A stretch of 64,000 nucleotides of DNA from an uncultured virus (IMG/VR IMGVR_UViG_3300044693_000183) (IMGVR_UViG_3300044693_000183), one strand, 5' to 3'. Positions 18,749 through 28,224 are shown, numbered from the stretch's first letter. The notes: a model not told the origin generated them from the sequence alone. A program made the numbers and translations.

Positions 18749-19359
18749 CCAGGAAGCTCCGCTGGTACTTCGGGCCGATGAACTGCGGCAAGTCCACGCT
18801 GGCCCTGCAGATCAACCACAACCAGGCCCGGCAAGGCAGACACGGGCTGCTGCTGGTGTGCCACGACCGGTCCGGCACGCCGATGGTGTCGAGCCGCATT
18901 GGGATCAGCCGAGAGGCGACCGAAGTGCGTGAAGACACCGACATGCACGAACTCATCGTGGCTAACCTACCGAAGCGCACCATGCTGAACTACATTGTCG
19001 TGGACGAGGCCCAGTTCCTCACACCGAAGCAGGTCGAAGCCCTCGCAGGTGTCACTGACGCGCTGATCGATGTGTACTGCTTCGGCATCGCCACGGATTT
19101 CCAATCCAACCTGTTCCCGGGCGCGCGTCGGCTGTTCGAGCTGGCCGACGAGTTGCACCCGATCCAGGTTGAGGTGTTGTGCTGGTGTGGTGAGCCGGGC
19201 AGGTTCAACGCCCGCGTCCAAGACGGTGTGGTGCAGCGCGACGGGGACCAGGTCGTGGTCGGGGACACGGACGAGGCAGACAGGACGCACTACAGGGTGC
19301 TGTGCAGGCGGCACTGGCGCACAGGCGACCTGGGGACAGCGAAAGGGGAAGCGGCGTGA
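18745..19359 (+). CDS. tdk: Thymidine kinase
   Basis: GPMNCGKST, SSRIG, VDEAQFL, FGIATDF, YRVLCRRH. Confidence 0.95.
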   Translation: MTRKLRWYFGPMNCGKSTLALQINHNQARQGRHGLLLVCHDRSGTPMVSSRIGISREATEVREDTDMHELIVANLPKRTMLNYIVVDEAQFLTPKQVEALAGVTDALIDVYCFGIATDFQSNLFPGARRLFELADELHPIQVEVLCWCGEPGRFNARVQDGVVQRDGDQVVVGDTDEADRTHYRVLCRRHWRTGDLGTAKGEAA

Positions 19360-19616
19360 TCAACTGCGTCAGTGCCGAGCACGCCCGGCCGATCGTGGCG
19401 GAGTTCCTGTGGCGGGACGCAGATTGCCGCCCACGCTTCTACTGCGGCGGCTGCGTCGGCTGGCACCTCCTCGGCGCCCTGTACGACGAGGGCACAATGC
19501 CACTCGGAGTGGACCTGCTGTCGGGCATGGAGAGCGACCACGCCACAACCCCAGGATGGGATGACTCTGCGGCGTGGACCAGTGAACCCTGGTGGGGAGA
19601 GGAAGACGCGGCATGA
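19356..19616 (+). CDS. Hypothetical protein
   Basis: Coupled ORF, YCGGCVGWHL. Confidence 0.65.
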   Translation: MINCVSAEHARPIVAEFLWRDADCRPRFYCGGCVGWHLLGALYDEGTMPLGVDLLSGMESDHATTPGWDDSAAWTSEPWWGEEDAA

Positions 19617-19906
19617 GTGGCATCGTGAACCGCGCCAGCAAAGCCTTGTTCTGCGTCACCTGCGGCGAACAGCTCCCCAGCAACAGCGCGTCCGATGACT
19701 GGTGCAGCGAGTCCTGCTACCGCGGCTGGGCGCAGGACGTGATCGGCGCGACCCTCGCCGACCATGACGCCACCGAGCCGCCCGAGTCTGAGGTGAAGCC
19801 AGCGACACAGGCAGAGGTGGAAGCGGCGGCGAGGTTGTCGTGGCGGGACGCGCTCACTGCGGCCGGCTTGCTCCTAGCAGAGTTTCTACGGCCGTGGAGG
19901 AAATAG
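19613..19906 (+). CDS. Hypothetical Zn-finger protein
   Basis: CxxC..WCSESC. Confidence 0.65.
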   Translation: MSGIVNRASKALFCVTCGEQLPSNSASDDWCSESCYRGWAQDVIGATLADHDATEPPESEVKPATQAEVEAAARLSWRDALTAAGLLLAEFLRPWRK

Positions 19907-19993
19907 GGTGTGCGGGGTGAAACACGGAGGGGGCGGGCACCGATATGCCGGTGTCCGCCTCCGACCGGGGGCCAAGCACAAGGGCCGCTGACC

Positions 19994-20482
19994 ATGGCTA
20001 ACGCCACTCCCGCACCGCCGTTCCCGCAACCCCAGGACACGCCACCCCGTAAGCCCCGCACCGGATTGAAAGTGCTTGGGGGCATCGTGGGTGGCGTGTT
20101 CGTGTTCTTCCTCGGTGTCGCCGCTGGGGGCGGTGGCGGTTCGACTGCGGCGTCTGCGACGAAAACCGTCACGGTCACCGTGCCGGGGGCGGGGCAAACC
20201 ATCACCGTGCAGCCCACCACCACCCAGCCGGCTGGCCCGAAAACCACGGTGTCGGATGGCACGTTCCACGTGGGCGACGACATCACCGCCGGGCGGTGGA
20301 AGACCGATGGGCCGTCAGCGGACAGCGTGACCCACTCCTGCTATTGGGAGCGGACCAAGGACGACTCCGGAAGCTTCTCGTCGATCATCGCGAATGACAA
20401 CATCTCGGGGCCGACGTCGCTTACCGTGAACGCGGGGGAGTTCGTGAAGTTCTCGGGTGGTTGTACCTGGAGTCACGCGTAG
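19994..20482 (+). CDS. Membrane-anchored extracytoplasmic protein
   Basis: TM helix, Thr-rich linker, DGTFHVGDDI..CYWER..IIAND..GCTW domain. Confidence 0.8.
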   Translation: MANATPAPPFPQPQDTPPRKPRTGLKVLGGIVGGVFVFFLGVAAGGGGGSTAASATKTVTVTVPGAGQTITVQPTTTQPAGPKTTVSDGTFHVGDDITAGRWKTDGPSADSVTHSCYWERTKDDSGSFSSIIANDNISGPTSLTVNAGEFVKFSGGCTWSHA

Positions 20483-20493
20483 TCGGACACGCA

Positions 20494-20529
20494 GAGAGGG
20501 GCTGGTGCCGATCGCGGCCCAGCCCCTCT
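20494..20529. terminator. Hairpin between convergent genes
   Basis: AGAGGGGCTGG...CCAGCCCCTCT. Confidence 0.7.
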
Positions 20530-20544
20530 CGCTACGTTTGCGGA

Positions 20545-21441
20545 CTACTCGACGCCGAACAGGCGACGCAACCGCTCCTCACCCACACCCGTCGCACGGC
20601 GGTATCCGGTGAGGGCCTGCCGGTAAGCGCGATCCGCCTCGCCGACCGGTCCCGCCTCCAGCAGCTCGGACAGTTCCGTCGGCTCCGCCGGGGCGAACAG
20701 GTCAGGCGGAACAACAGCCCAGCGTCCCGTGGTCGGAGACTTGTTCTCCACCGCCCACGCCACAGACTCTGGCCGGAACGCCACCATGTCCACAGTTGAG
20801 CCATCGGCGCCCATCACAGGTACGCCAGCCAGTCTGCCTGTGCGCCACACCTGGTTGACAGCAGACCGACCGATCCCCATGTAGTCGCTGGCTTCCGCGA
20901 CGCGGAGGAGTGGGGGAATGAGCTGGTCGGTCAACGGTTCGCCCACCTCGCGGGCGAGGCCAAACGTGTTGTTCTTGACGCACCAGAGGATCAACTCTCG
21001 ACGGAACACCACGTGACGGTGCCTGCGCTTCCCCGCTTGTTGCTCTTTGCCGGTACCGAGAAGGCGGCAGGGAAGACGCCCGACGGAGTAGAGGCGTTGG
21101 ATGTACTCCCGGTCGACGCCCCACAGCACGGCGGCACGAGCCGTATTGACCAATGGTGGCACGGACGGGTCTACCACAGCGCGCTCTGGTAGGAGCGCCT
21201 TCTCTTCGGGCGTGGTGCGCGGGTAGCAGATGCGGCATGTGTCGAAGTCGCGGCCGTCAGGCTGCCAGCGTTCCGCCTGGATCGTTTTGCCGCAGGCGGT
21301 GCGCACAGTCAGCGTGCCACCATCGGGGGTGGTGTCGTACTGGAGCAGTGCGACATGCCTTCTACCCCGATAGAAGGCGGCGGAGGTCGGGGCGTGCGGA
21401 AGCCAAACGACGTCGAACTGAACGGGCGTTGCTGTCGGCAT
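20545..21441 (-). CDS. DNA-binding protein with two excisionase/MerR-like HTH domains
   Basis: Two PPL..AA..G....GRL repeats; N-terminal H/C motif. Confidence 0.75.
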   Translation of the reverse strand: MPTATPVQFDVVWLPHAPTSAAFYRGRRHVALLQYDTTPDGGTLTVRTACGKTIQAERWQPDGRDFDTCRICYPRTTPEEKALLPERAVVDPSVPPLVNTARAAVLWGVDREYIQRLYSVGRLPCRLLGTGKEQQAGKRRHRHVVFRRELILWCVKNNTFGLAREVGEPLTDQLIPPLLRVAEASDYMGIGRSAVNQVWRTGRLAGVPVMGADGSTVDMVAFRPESVAWAVENKSPTTGRWAVVPPDLFAPAEPTELSELLEAGPVGEADRAYRQALTGYRRATGVGEERLRRLFGVE

Positions 21442-21510
21442 CCCTGACCTTTCGGTGCGCTGTTACTTCACGCCATGATAACGGTTGCGCAGGGTCAGCG
21501 ACAAGCGCGG

Positions 21511-21539
21511 TTGCGCGGGCGCTAGCTATGGCGTAAAGT
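21511..21539 (+). promoter_or_regulatory. Promoter divergent from the HTH gene
   Basis: TTGCGC-17-TAAAGT; CGGTTGCGC direct repeat. Confidence 0.7.
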
Positions 21540-21572
21540 AACTGTCAGAGCGAACGAGAGGGAGTGGCAACC

Positions 21573-21887
21573 ATGGCAGCCCGAGACGAATACCCCGAAC
21601 TGAAGCGCCTCGACGTTGCCTTCGCCGAACTCCGGGCCGAAGCGCCCGTCCCTTCCGCCCTGTCCGACCTGAGCGTCTACCGCGTCAAGTACCAGGCGTG
21701 GAAGGCCCGATTCGACGCCCTGCGCAGCGAGCTGGACAGCGTCATGGCCGAGGTCGGCGCCAACCTGTGCACCCGCTGCTCCGGCACCGGCCTCACCGTG
21801 CACAGCCGCCACAACGGCATGTGCTACCTCTGTCAGGGCGACGGCTGGTCCGCGAAGGGACGCCGCGCCGCACGCAAAGCCGCTTGA
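21573..21887 (+). CDS. Hypothetical protein with CxxCxGxG zinc ribbon
   Basis: CTRCSGTG..CYLCQGDG. Confidence 0.8.
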   Translation: MAARDEYPELKRLDVAFAELRAEAPVPSALSDLSVYRVKYQAWKARFDALRSELDSVMAEVGANLCTRCSGTGLTVHSRHNGMCYLCQGDGWSAKGRRAARKAA

Positions 21888-21920
21888 ACTTCATGGCCGC
21901 CCCGAGGAGGTCTTGCACTG

Positions 21921-22235
21921 ATGTCGAACCTGATCCCTGATGTGGCGATCGCCCACGACGAGGCACTGCGCATCCAGAACGCGTACACCGAGGGCGAGCT
22001 GTCGGCCCAGTCCAAAGCAGGGCGCCAGGACGGCGAGCTGATCCAACGCCTGTTCCGCTCTCTCGCGGCGAAGCACATCGAGGCCAACCGCAACGTGTTC
22101 CAGATCCAGCTTCGGGACGCGATCGCACGTGGAGACGTAGAGCATGTGCAGCGGTATGCCTGCCACGTTTGGCTGTGCATGTTGGAGTTGGAGCGCCGCA
22201 GGCAGGCCCAGGTGACCAACTCAGTCCAGAACTGA
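21921..22235 (+). CDS. Hypothetical protein
   Basis: GAGGAGG RBS. Confidence 0.7.
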   Translation: MSNLIPDVAIAHDEALRIQNAYTEGELSAQSKAGRQDGELIQRLFRSLAAKHIEANRNVFQIQLRDAIARGDVEHVQRYACHVWLCMLELERRRQAQVTNSVQN

Positions 22236-22240
22236 TCTCT

Positions 22241-22295
22241 GCCCCGACAGCTCCGATGGTCCACTCAGCGGGTTCGACTCCCGCTGGGGGCACAA
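22241..22295 (+). ncRNA. tRNA-like element lacking an anticodon arm
   Basis: Acceptor stem GCCCCGA/TGGGGGC, D-arm-like AGCTC..TGGT, T-arm GCGGG-TTCGACT-CCCGC, 3' ACAA. Confidence 0.65.
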
Positions 22296-22331
22296 CACTG
22301 CACATCCCACACCGAACAGAGGAGACCCGAG

Positions 22332-22553
22332 ATGGCCGTCAGCGTCTACAAGAACGAACTCACCGGCCACTGGATGTGCAACCCCCAGGGTGGCCGCAAC
22401 CACCGTCACAACCCCGACGCGTCCGGGTGGCGTACCTGGGCAGGTGCGATGGCGGAGGCCGGCCAGCACGCCCAGCGTCTGCGCGAGTCCGCTGCCCGCA
22501 TGAAGGCATGGCAGACGAACACCGCCGAGTACCACTGGCAGAGCGAGGACTGA
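22332..22553 (+). CDS. Hypothetical protein
   Basis: CCCACACCG and GAGGAG upstream. Confidence 0.75.
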   Translation: MAVSVYKNELTGHWMCNPQGGRNHRHNPDASGWRTWAGAMAEAGQHAQRLRESAARMKAWQTNTAEYHWQSED

Positions 22554-22556
22554 GCA

Positions 22557-22835
22557 GTGAGCGACCTGAAGTACACCGAGCTACGGCACCGAATGCTCGC
22601 GGCCATCGCAGACGGCAAGGTCGATCTGACCAGGATGCCCGGCGGCCGAATACGGTACATCGCCGACACCCCAATGTGCGGGGTGTCGCAGAATGCCATC
22701 AGATACCTCGTCAGCCACGGCGCGGCTGTGGTCGACCGTAACACGTGGACCTCCAGCGCCCCCATGACCTTGGGCATGATCGGCCGCAAGATCCTGGCGG
22801 CATGGGACGCCAAGCACGGGAAGGTGGACATCTGA
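22557..22835 (+). CDS. Hypothetical protein, paralog of 23253-23531
   Basis: Shared TELRH..LA and GR..L..WDA..GKV motifs. Confidence 0.75.
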   Translation: MSDLKYTELRHRMLAAIADGKVDLTRMPGGRIRYIADTPMCGVSQNAIRYLVSHGAAVVDRNTWTSSAPMTLGMIGRKILAAWDAKHGKVDI

Positions 22836-23098
22836 TGGCGGCCGTCGAACCGGAGCCATGCACCACACACAGCGGCAAACTGAAGCACCTGTCACGCAAC
22901 CTCAGCGCGAACCGGTACGGCCCCGGGCGCACCGGCCGTCCGCTGTGCGATCAGCAAACCAGGGCGGAGGTCTACGACCAGGCGGCGTACGACGGCGACC
23001 GCCTGAAGTGGAACCCGAAGTACGTATCCCAGCCCATCGATGGGCTGTCGCCGTGCAAGCGGTGTGACCGCATCGCAAAGAGAGAGGAGGGTCGGTAA
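22835..23098 (+). CDS. Hypothetical Cys/His protein
   Basis: TGATG coupling; H..C..CKRC. Confidence 0.7.
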   Translation: MAAVEPEPCTTHSGKLKHLSRNLSANRYGPGRTGRPLCDQQTRAEVYDQAAYDGDRLKWNPKYVSQPIDGLSPCKRCDRIAKREEGR

Positions 23099-23100
23099 CC

Positions 23101-23256
23101 ATGGCACGCCGCGAGTGGGTCCACGTGAACGAGGTGCAGCGCATCCTCGACGAGACCGAGGGCACGAGCTTCTACGTCGTGCGCATGCGCCTCCAGGACT
23201 TGATCCGGGAGCAGGTGGCTGGCACTGAGGACGACAGCGCGGAGGAGGAGTCGTGA
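23101..23256 (+). CDS. Small hypothetical protein
   Basis: GAGGAGG RBS; fills gap in operon. Confidence 0.6.
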   Translation: MARREWVHVNEVQRILDETEGTSFYVVRMRLQDLIREQVAGTEDDSAEEES

Positions 23257-23531
23257 GCACCTTGCGGCGCACCGAGCTGCGGCACAAGCTCCTCGCCGAA
23301 GTAGCGGCAGGCAACGTGGCCCAGTTCGGCGAAAAGTGGACGTGGGGCCACACATCCGAGCCAATGACGAGAGGCGAGGTGCGCGCCATGAACGAGCTGG
23401 ACTGGGACGGCCATACAAAGGTCGCCGTCAGCTTCCTGGATGCCTCGCCATGGCGTGCGGTCGAACTGTACGAGACTGGTCGCGCTCTCCTGTCGGAGTG
23501 GGACGCCCAGTACGGGAAGGTGGAAGTCTGA
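23253..23531 (+). CDS. Hypothetical protein, paralog of 22557-22835
   Basis: Shared motifs, strong RBS. Confidence 0.75.
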   Translation: MSTLRRTELRHKLLAEVAAGNVAQFGEKWTWGHTSEPMTRGEVRAMNELDWDGHTKVAVSFLDASPWRAVELYETGRALLSEWDAQYGKVEV

Positions 23532-23842
23532 TGCGGATCGCCGCGATTCTGCTGCTGCTCGTGGCCCTCGCCTCGTGCGGGAGCAGCCCCCAACCGTCCT
23601 CACCCCACCCGACCACGCCGGCGAGCAGCCTCCCGTCGTCCACCACCGTGGAGACAACGACACCCCAGCAGGCCCCGGCCACGTCCCAGCACCAGGAGTC
23701 GGCACCCACAACCACCACCCCGACGCCCGTACGCGACGTGACACCCGGGGCGTTCTGCTCACCCGAGGGCGCGACTGGGGTCACGAAGAAGGGCGTGACG
23801 GTGACATGCAAGGGGCCCGCGCCCCTCAGATGGAGGTCGTGA
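23531..23842 (+). CDS. Putative lipoprotein
   Basis: Lipobox LASC, Pro/Thr linker, VTPGAFCS..C..RWR domain. Confidence 0.8.
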   Translation: MRIAAILLLLVALASCGSSPQPSSPHPTTPASSLPSSTTVETTTPQQAPATSQHQESAPTTTTPTPVRDVTPGAFCSPEGATGVTKKGVTVTCKGPAPLRWRS

Positions 23843-23876
23843 TGGACACCGGATACGCAGACAACGAGGAGCAGCA

Positions 23877-25021
23877 GTGACCACTGTGCGGAAGTTGGCC
23901 GAGCTGATCGACCCCCAGGTGTGGCAGGCCCGAGAAGAGGACCAGAAGACGATCGGGGCCCAGTTCGACTTCCACGAACGGCGTCGCCAGTCCACGGAGG
24001 CGGCGAAGAGAGTAGCGGCATGGATGGAGGAGCAGCAGTGACCGCCTACGTTGTGCTGGAGTTCGACGACGACCTCGACGCAGCCGATCTCTACTACGAG
24101 ATGGCCGCAGACCCTAACCGTCCGATCAAGACGCCGATGGGGCACACCGTACGGGCACGGGTTGTGTATCACGGTGCCACCAACCCCATCCACGACGAGT
24201 GCGACGGAGGAGACCGGCCGTGAGCGGCGGAGTCATGCGTGACCACCTGATCCGCGTCGCGTTCCGGCTGCTGCGCGTCCCATGCGGGGACCACGGCGGC
24301 GGGGACGACTACGTGGGCAAGGGCCGGTGGTGCCTCAAACCGTTCGGGCACAGGGAGAGCCACGCCTACGACAACACCAGGCAGCCGCTGTGGCAGGTGC
24401 GCCGCCGATTCCAGGGATACGACGAGACCACCCGGAACGAGAGCGAAGGAGAACGCCAATGAGCGAACAGCCCGCCCCGCGCGAGTGGAAGCGGCAGCAC
24501 GTGGCCCGCATCATCGCGAACCACAGCAACCTGAGCCACGACTGGGAAGACTTCATCGACGCCGTCCGCGCGCTGGATCGGCATGGCCTGCTGGACCTGT
24601 CGACCTTGGACGCGCCTACCACCCCTCCTGCGCACTTCGTTGTGCACGAGGAACGCCCCCGAGACGACAAAGGAGACCGGCGGTGATCTCGACCCGCGAC
24701 TACCTTGTCCATCTCGTCCGTGAGCGCCTCGGCCGTGCCGACGAGCGCGACGAGCAGGTGATCGACGCCTTGTTCGCCGCCGGCCTCGGCCAGATCCGCG
24801 TGTCCCGCGGCCCCGTGACCGGGCGCCTGGAGGCCGAGCAGCCTGACGGTGACGACGTGTGGATCCAACACACGGCCTTCGCCGACCTGTCCCGGCCGAC
24901 CCTGGCCGAGGTGCTCGCGGACATGTCCGGCCGCACCATGCGGAAGACGACCTGCCCGACACACGGCCCGCAGCGAGGCTTCTGCTGCGTCGATGCTGTG
25001 CCTGTACCGCTGCCTGACTGA
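23877..25021 (+). CDS. Five coupled small ORFs (23877-24041, 24038-24223, 24220-24462, 24459-24686, 24683-25021)
   Basis: Each has a (G/A)TGA overlap or GGAG-type RBS. Confidence 0.65.
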
Positions 25022-25280
25022 CCTGTTGCACCGAGGGGCGGCCAGCTCCTGTGTGATCGCCGCCCAGCGGGTACGTCGACGGGAGATCGGCTCGTCGTCA
25101 GCCTGGCGACGAGCCGGCCGGGCCCAGTCGATGTCGTCGTCCGGGTGGCCGTGCCAGTCGCCAGCGGCGTCCTGGAACGCGTAGAGCAGCGGCATGACGC
25201 GAGGGTACGGGCGGTCGAACAGATGAGCGAGAAGGGGTTGGAAACTAGTCCACGGTGAAGTCGCCTTCTGGTACCATAGA

Positions 25281-25304
25281 CTCCGATAAGCTGACATATC
25301 GGAG
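25281..25304. promoter_or_regulatory. Candidate lox-like recombinase site
   Basis: CTCCGATA-AGCTGACA-TATCGGAG: 8-bp inverted arms with asymmetric 8-bp spacer, 17 nt before the recombinase ATG. Confidence 0.55.
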
Positions 25305-25321
25305 GGAATTAACCGGACATC

Positions 25322-26380
25322 ATGGACCCCACTCGTGACCTTGTTCCCGCCACACCCAGCGGCCAAGTAGTCGCCCCCAGTGAGGCGCTAGCCGCGCTCG
25401 ACGCAGCGGCCACGCAGTACCTCGAAGACAACCAAGAAGACAACACCAAACGGTCCTACGAGACGGACTGGAAGGTGTGGCGGCAGTACTGCGGCTTGAT
25501 CGGCATCCCCGAGACCGCGAACACCCTCGGCGCGCTGGTGGGGTTCGTCAAGTGGCTCCAGGACAAGCCCCCCACTGCCGAGGAGCTCACCCTCAACCCA
25601 GAGGCACTCCCCCGGCCGCAAGCACCGTCCACGATCGATCGTCGCCTTGCGGGTGCCGTCGTTGGCCTAGCCAGGCGCGGTTGCGAGCCGTCCAGTGAGG
25701 CCAAGAAGGCAGCGCGGGAAGCACTGAAGGTCTACCGCAAGGAGTTGACCAAGGCAGCCGTGAAACTCGGCCGGGGACGCGCCCCGGCCGCGAGGGTTGG
25801 CCATCTGCACCGCATCGCGGCCGTCTGCCCGGACACCCTGGCAGGCCGTAGGGACAAAGCGCTCGTCCTCCTCGGGTTCCGCATCGCCGCTCGTTCTGCG
25901 GAGCTTGCCAACCTGATCGTGTCGGACATCGAGGACGCCGACGGACATGGGATCGTCGTCAACATCCGATTCGGCAAGACAGGCGGCCGACGCGTCCCGG
26001 TGCCCTTCGGCAAAGACCCAGACATCTGCCCCGTGCTCGCGTGGCGCGAGTGGATAGCCGCAGCTGGCTACGGCGAAGGTCCCGCCTTCGCGCAGATCGC
26101 CAAGAACGACCAGCTACGCCGCGACCTAGACGGCAACCTGCGGCCTCTGGGGCCTCGTGGGGTACGCGGCGTTATCGACCGGGCGGCGGTACGGGCAGGC
26201 GTAAGTCTGCACCTGACAGGCCACTCCCTCCGCTCTGGGCTTGCTACTGAAGCCCGGCGAGCCGGCCACGACAACAAGACCATCGCGAAGATCACCGGCC
26301 ATACCCCCACATCTGCGGTGCTGTACGAGTATTTCCGCGAAGTCGATGAGTGGGTTGAAGCCCCCGACAACATCCTCTGA
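25322..26380 (+). CDS. Tyrosine recombinase, Cre-like subtype
   Basis: NTKRSYETDW N-domain, RDKAL..ARSAEL, GKT, GHSLRSG, TGH..Y catalytic motifs. Confidence 0.92.
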   Translation: MDPTRDLVPATPSGQVVAPSEALAALDAAATQYLEDNQEDNTKRSYETDWKVWRQYCGLIGIPETANTLGALVGFVKWLQDKPPTAEELTLNPEALPRPQAPSTIDRRLAGAVVGLARRGCEPSSEAKKAAREALKVYRKELTKAAVKLGRGRAPAARVGHLHRIAAVCPDTLAGRRDKALVLLGFRIAARSAELANLIVSDIEDADGHGIVVNIRFGKTGGRRVPVPFGKDPDICPVLAWREWIAAAGYGEGPAFAQIAKNDQLRRDLDGNLRPLGPRGVRGVIDRAAVRAGVSLHLTGHSLRSGLATEARRAGHDNKTIAKITGHTPTSAVLYEYFREVDEWVEAPDNIL

Positions 26381-26409
26381 CCTACAACCGCAGAGAGGTA
26401 GACCGAGAC

Positions 26410-27096
26410 ATGCCGTTGCGCGCCGCCGCCGACGAGGTTGGCAGAAAGATGATGGCCGACCCTGAGGGGGTCAAGCAGATCGAGTTCGCCCGAGAGCTCG
26501 CCCGGAACCCACACTGGAAGTGGCTCACCGACGCCTTCGGCCAGCCGTTCGGCGGCTGGAACGCTGGCCAGTACGCCTACCTGCACCAGCTCTACCAGTT
26601 CTGGGCGATAGGTGAGCTTGCGGTCACCCGCTTGCCCATCGGCTGCACGCCCTACGCCGATCGTCAGCGCGAACGGAACCAGGCCGCGCTGAATGCCCTT
26701 TCGGTTATTGAGGGGCCGGAGGACCCTGGCGTCACCGCTGGAGTCGACGCTGACCAAGACCTCTCTCCTTACGGTGATGGCTGGTTCACGTGGTCGAATG
26801 AGATCGTTCTCGGTATGCGGATCAAGGACGAGCCTGCGGCCGAGGCGTGGGCGTATGTCAACCCGCTCGGCCCGACGGGCGTGGTCCCGCTGGAGATCGG
26901 CTACACCGACACCCAGACGACCTATTGGCATCTCCTTCGAGGCTTCGGCCTGGCGCGCTGGCCGTACGGCTCCGAGTCCGTGATCCTGCTGGTGCCATCG
27001 ACCGCCGTGCGCGAGGCAGTGCGTGCCGACGATCCGACTATGCGCTGGAAGCCCAAGAAGATGTGGCATCCCTCAGATAACTTCCACGTCGCGTGA
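26410..27096 (+). CDS. Hypothetical protein
   Basis: 228-aa protein-like ORF with GAGG RBS. Confidence 0.75.
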   Translation: MPLRAAADEVGRKMMADPEGVKQIEFARELARNPHWKWLTDAFGQPFGGWNAGQYAYLHQLYQFWAIGELAVTRLPIGCTPYADRQRERNQAALNALSVIEGPEDPGVTAGVDADQDLSPYGDGWFTWSNEIVLGMRIKDEPAAEAWAYVNPLGPTGVVPLEIGYTDTQTTYWHLLRGFGLARWPYGSESVILLVPSTAVREAVRADDPTMRWKPKKMWHPSDNFHVA

Positions 27097-27161
27097 CCTC
27101 CCCCGCTGTCTTGGGTGGCGCTGGTGGTGGAGACAACCCGAGGTAGGAAGGAGGGGGTTTC

Positions 27162-27383
27162 GTGGACGACAATGTGATGATCTTCAGTCTCCTCAGCGAC
27201 CAGTTTCCCGACGAGCACATCACCAACTGCATCGATGCCCGGGTGGTCTCACGTAGCCACACCAGTGTGGATGACCCGGGTGATCCGGCCAAGTCGCTTC
27301 ACACGGTCACGGTTTTGCTGGAGTGTCCGCACCTGAGGTTCGAGGTCAGTTTGCTGGGGTCTGTTCAGGGGCCTCCTGGGTGA
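27162..27383 (+). CDS. Hypothetical protein
   Basis: AAGGAGG RBS. Confidence 0.55.
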   Translation: MDDNVMIFSLLSDQFPDEHITNCIDARVVSRSHTSVDDPGDPAKSLHTVTVLLECPHLRFEVSLLGSVQGPPG

Positions 27384-27442
27384 TCTGGGCTGGTCTGCGC
27401 GGTGGTGCCGCCGGTCTCATCCCTAGTGTCACCCGATCGGAC

Positions 27443-27481
27443 GTCTAGCGGTCTAGAACTAGACTGGTCTATATTTAGACC
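27443..27481 (+). promoter_or_regulatory. Leaderless promoter with GTCTA/TAGAC operator array
   Basis: Five GTCTA/TAGAC half-sites around a TATATT -10 box, 6 nt before GTG. Confidence 0.6.
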
Positions 27482-27946
27482 GTGACCGAGAACGTCAGCA
27501 TCGACCCCAAGGCCGCCGCCCTCGGCCGGCTTGCACAGTGGGCCCACAACAACGCACAGCGCGACCCGCTCGTGTGCGACGCCCGCCGCGCTGGGGCCAC
27601 CCAGGCGGAGATCATCGCCACGTCCAAGCTCGCCAAGCAGACCGTCGTCAACATCCTCAGGGCAGCGGGGCTCACCAACGATGTCCTCAAACAACAGGAG
27701 GCCCCTATGACCAGTGCTGTCACAGGCGTCCGCCAGATCCCCGCCGAGGCGGTCCAGTTCGGACAGGCAGTGAGCATCCGAGGTAACTGGCACAGGATCA
27801 AGCGCATCGACCACACGGACGACGGCAGGCTCGTGCTGGCCGGACCCGGGGTCTACTCCCGTGCAGAACGGGAGCTGGTCGTTGAGCCTGATCGTCTGGT
27901 CACCATCAACGACAACCACACCAACCGTCAGACTAAGGACATCTGA
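27482..27946 (+). CDS. HTH protein with probable internal in-frame start at 27707
   Basis: ARRAGATQAEIIATSKLAKQTVVNIL HTH; internal CAGGAGG-ATG. Confidence 0.7.
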   Translation: MTENVSIDPKAAALGRLAQWAHNNAQRDPLVCDARRAGATQAEIIATSKLAKQTVVNILRAAGLTNDVLKQQEAPMTSAVTGVRQIPAEAVQFGQAVSIRGNWHRIKRIDHTDDGRLVLAGPGVYSRAERELVVEPDRLVTINDNHTNRQTKDI

Positions 27947-28134
27947 TGGGCACCTGTAAGCACGTCGAGAAGGTCAAGACCCACACCTACTTCAGCCAGC
28001 AGGCCTTGCGCCGCGGGGACAGTGCTGGTGTGGAGGCCAATGTGGAGTTGGGTCTTGCGGTGATAGCTGAGTGCCGTCAGGTGTGCGGCGAGCAATCTCC
28101 TTACCAGGAGTCCCTGAAGTTCGACCCGCACTGA
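27946..28134 (+). CDS. Hypothetical protein
   Basis: TGATG coupling. Confidence 0.55.
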   Translation: MGTCKHVEKVKTHTYFSQQALRRGDSAGVEANVELGLAVIAECRQVCGEQSPYQESLKFDPH

Positions 28135-28147
28135 CCCCTGAACGCAC

Positions 28148-28193
28148 GAAAGCGCCCCCACCCTGACCGTGTAGGCCAGGATGGGGGCGCTTC
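28148..28193. terminator. Terminator at the convergence of early and late transcription
   Basis: AAGCGCCCCCA...TGGGGGCGCTT stem. Confidence 0.75.
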
Positions 28194-28224
28194 GCTTGCG
28201 TATTGAACGAGAACAGCATGGAGT

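Noticed and set aside
22241..22295. Functional tRNA gene
   Set aside because: No anticodon arm; kept only as a tRNA-like element
24335..25366. 343-aa minus-strand ORF
   Set aside because: Overlaps several coupled plus-strand genes; only the 25020-25200 part might be real
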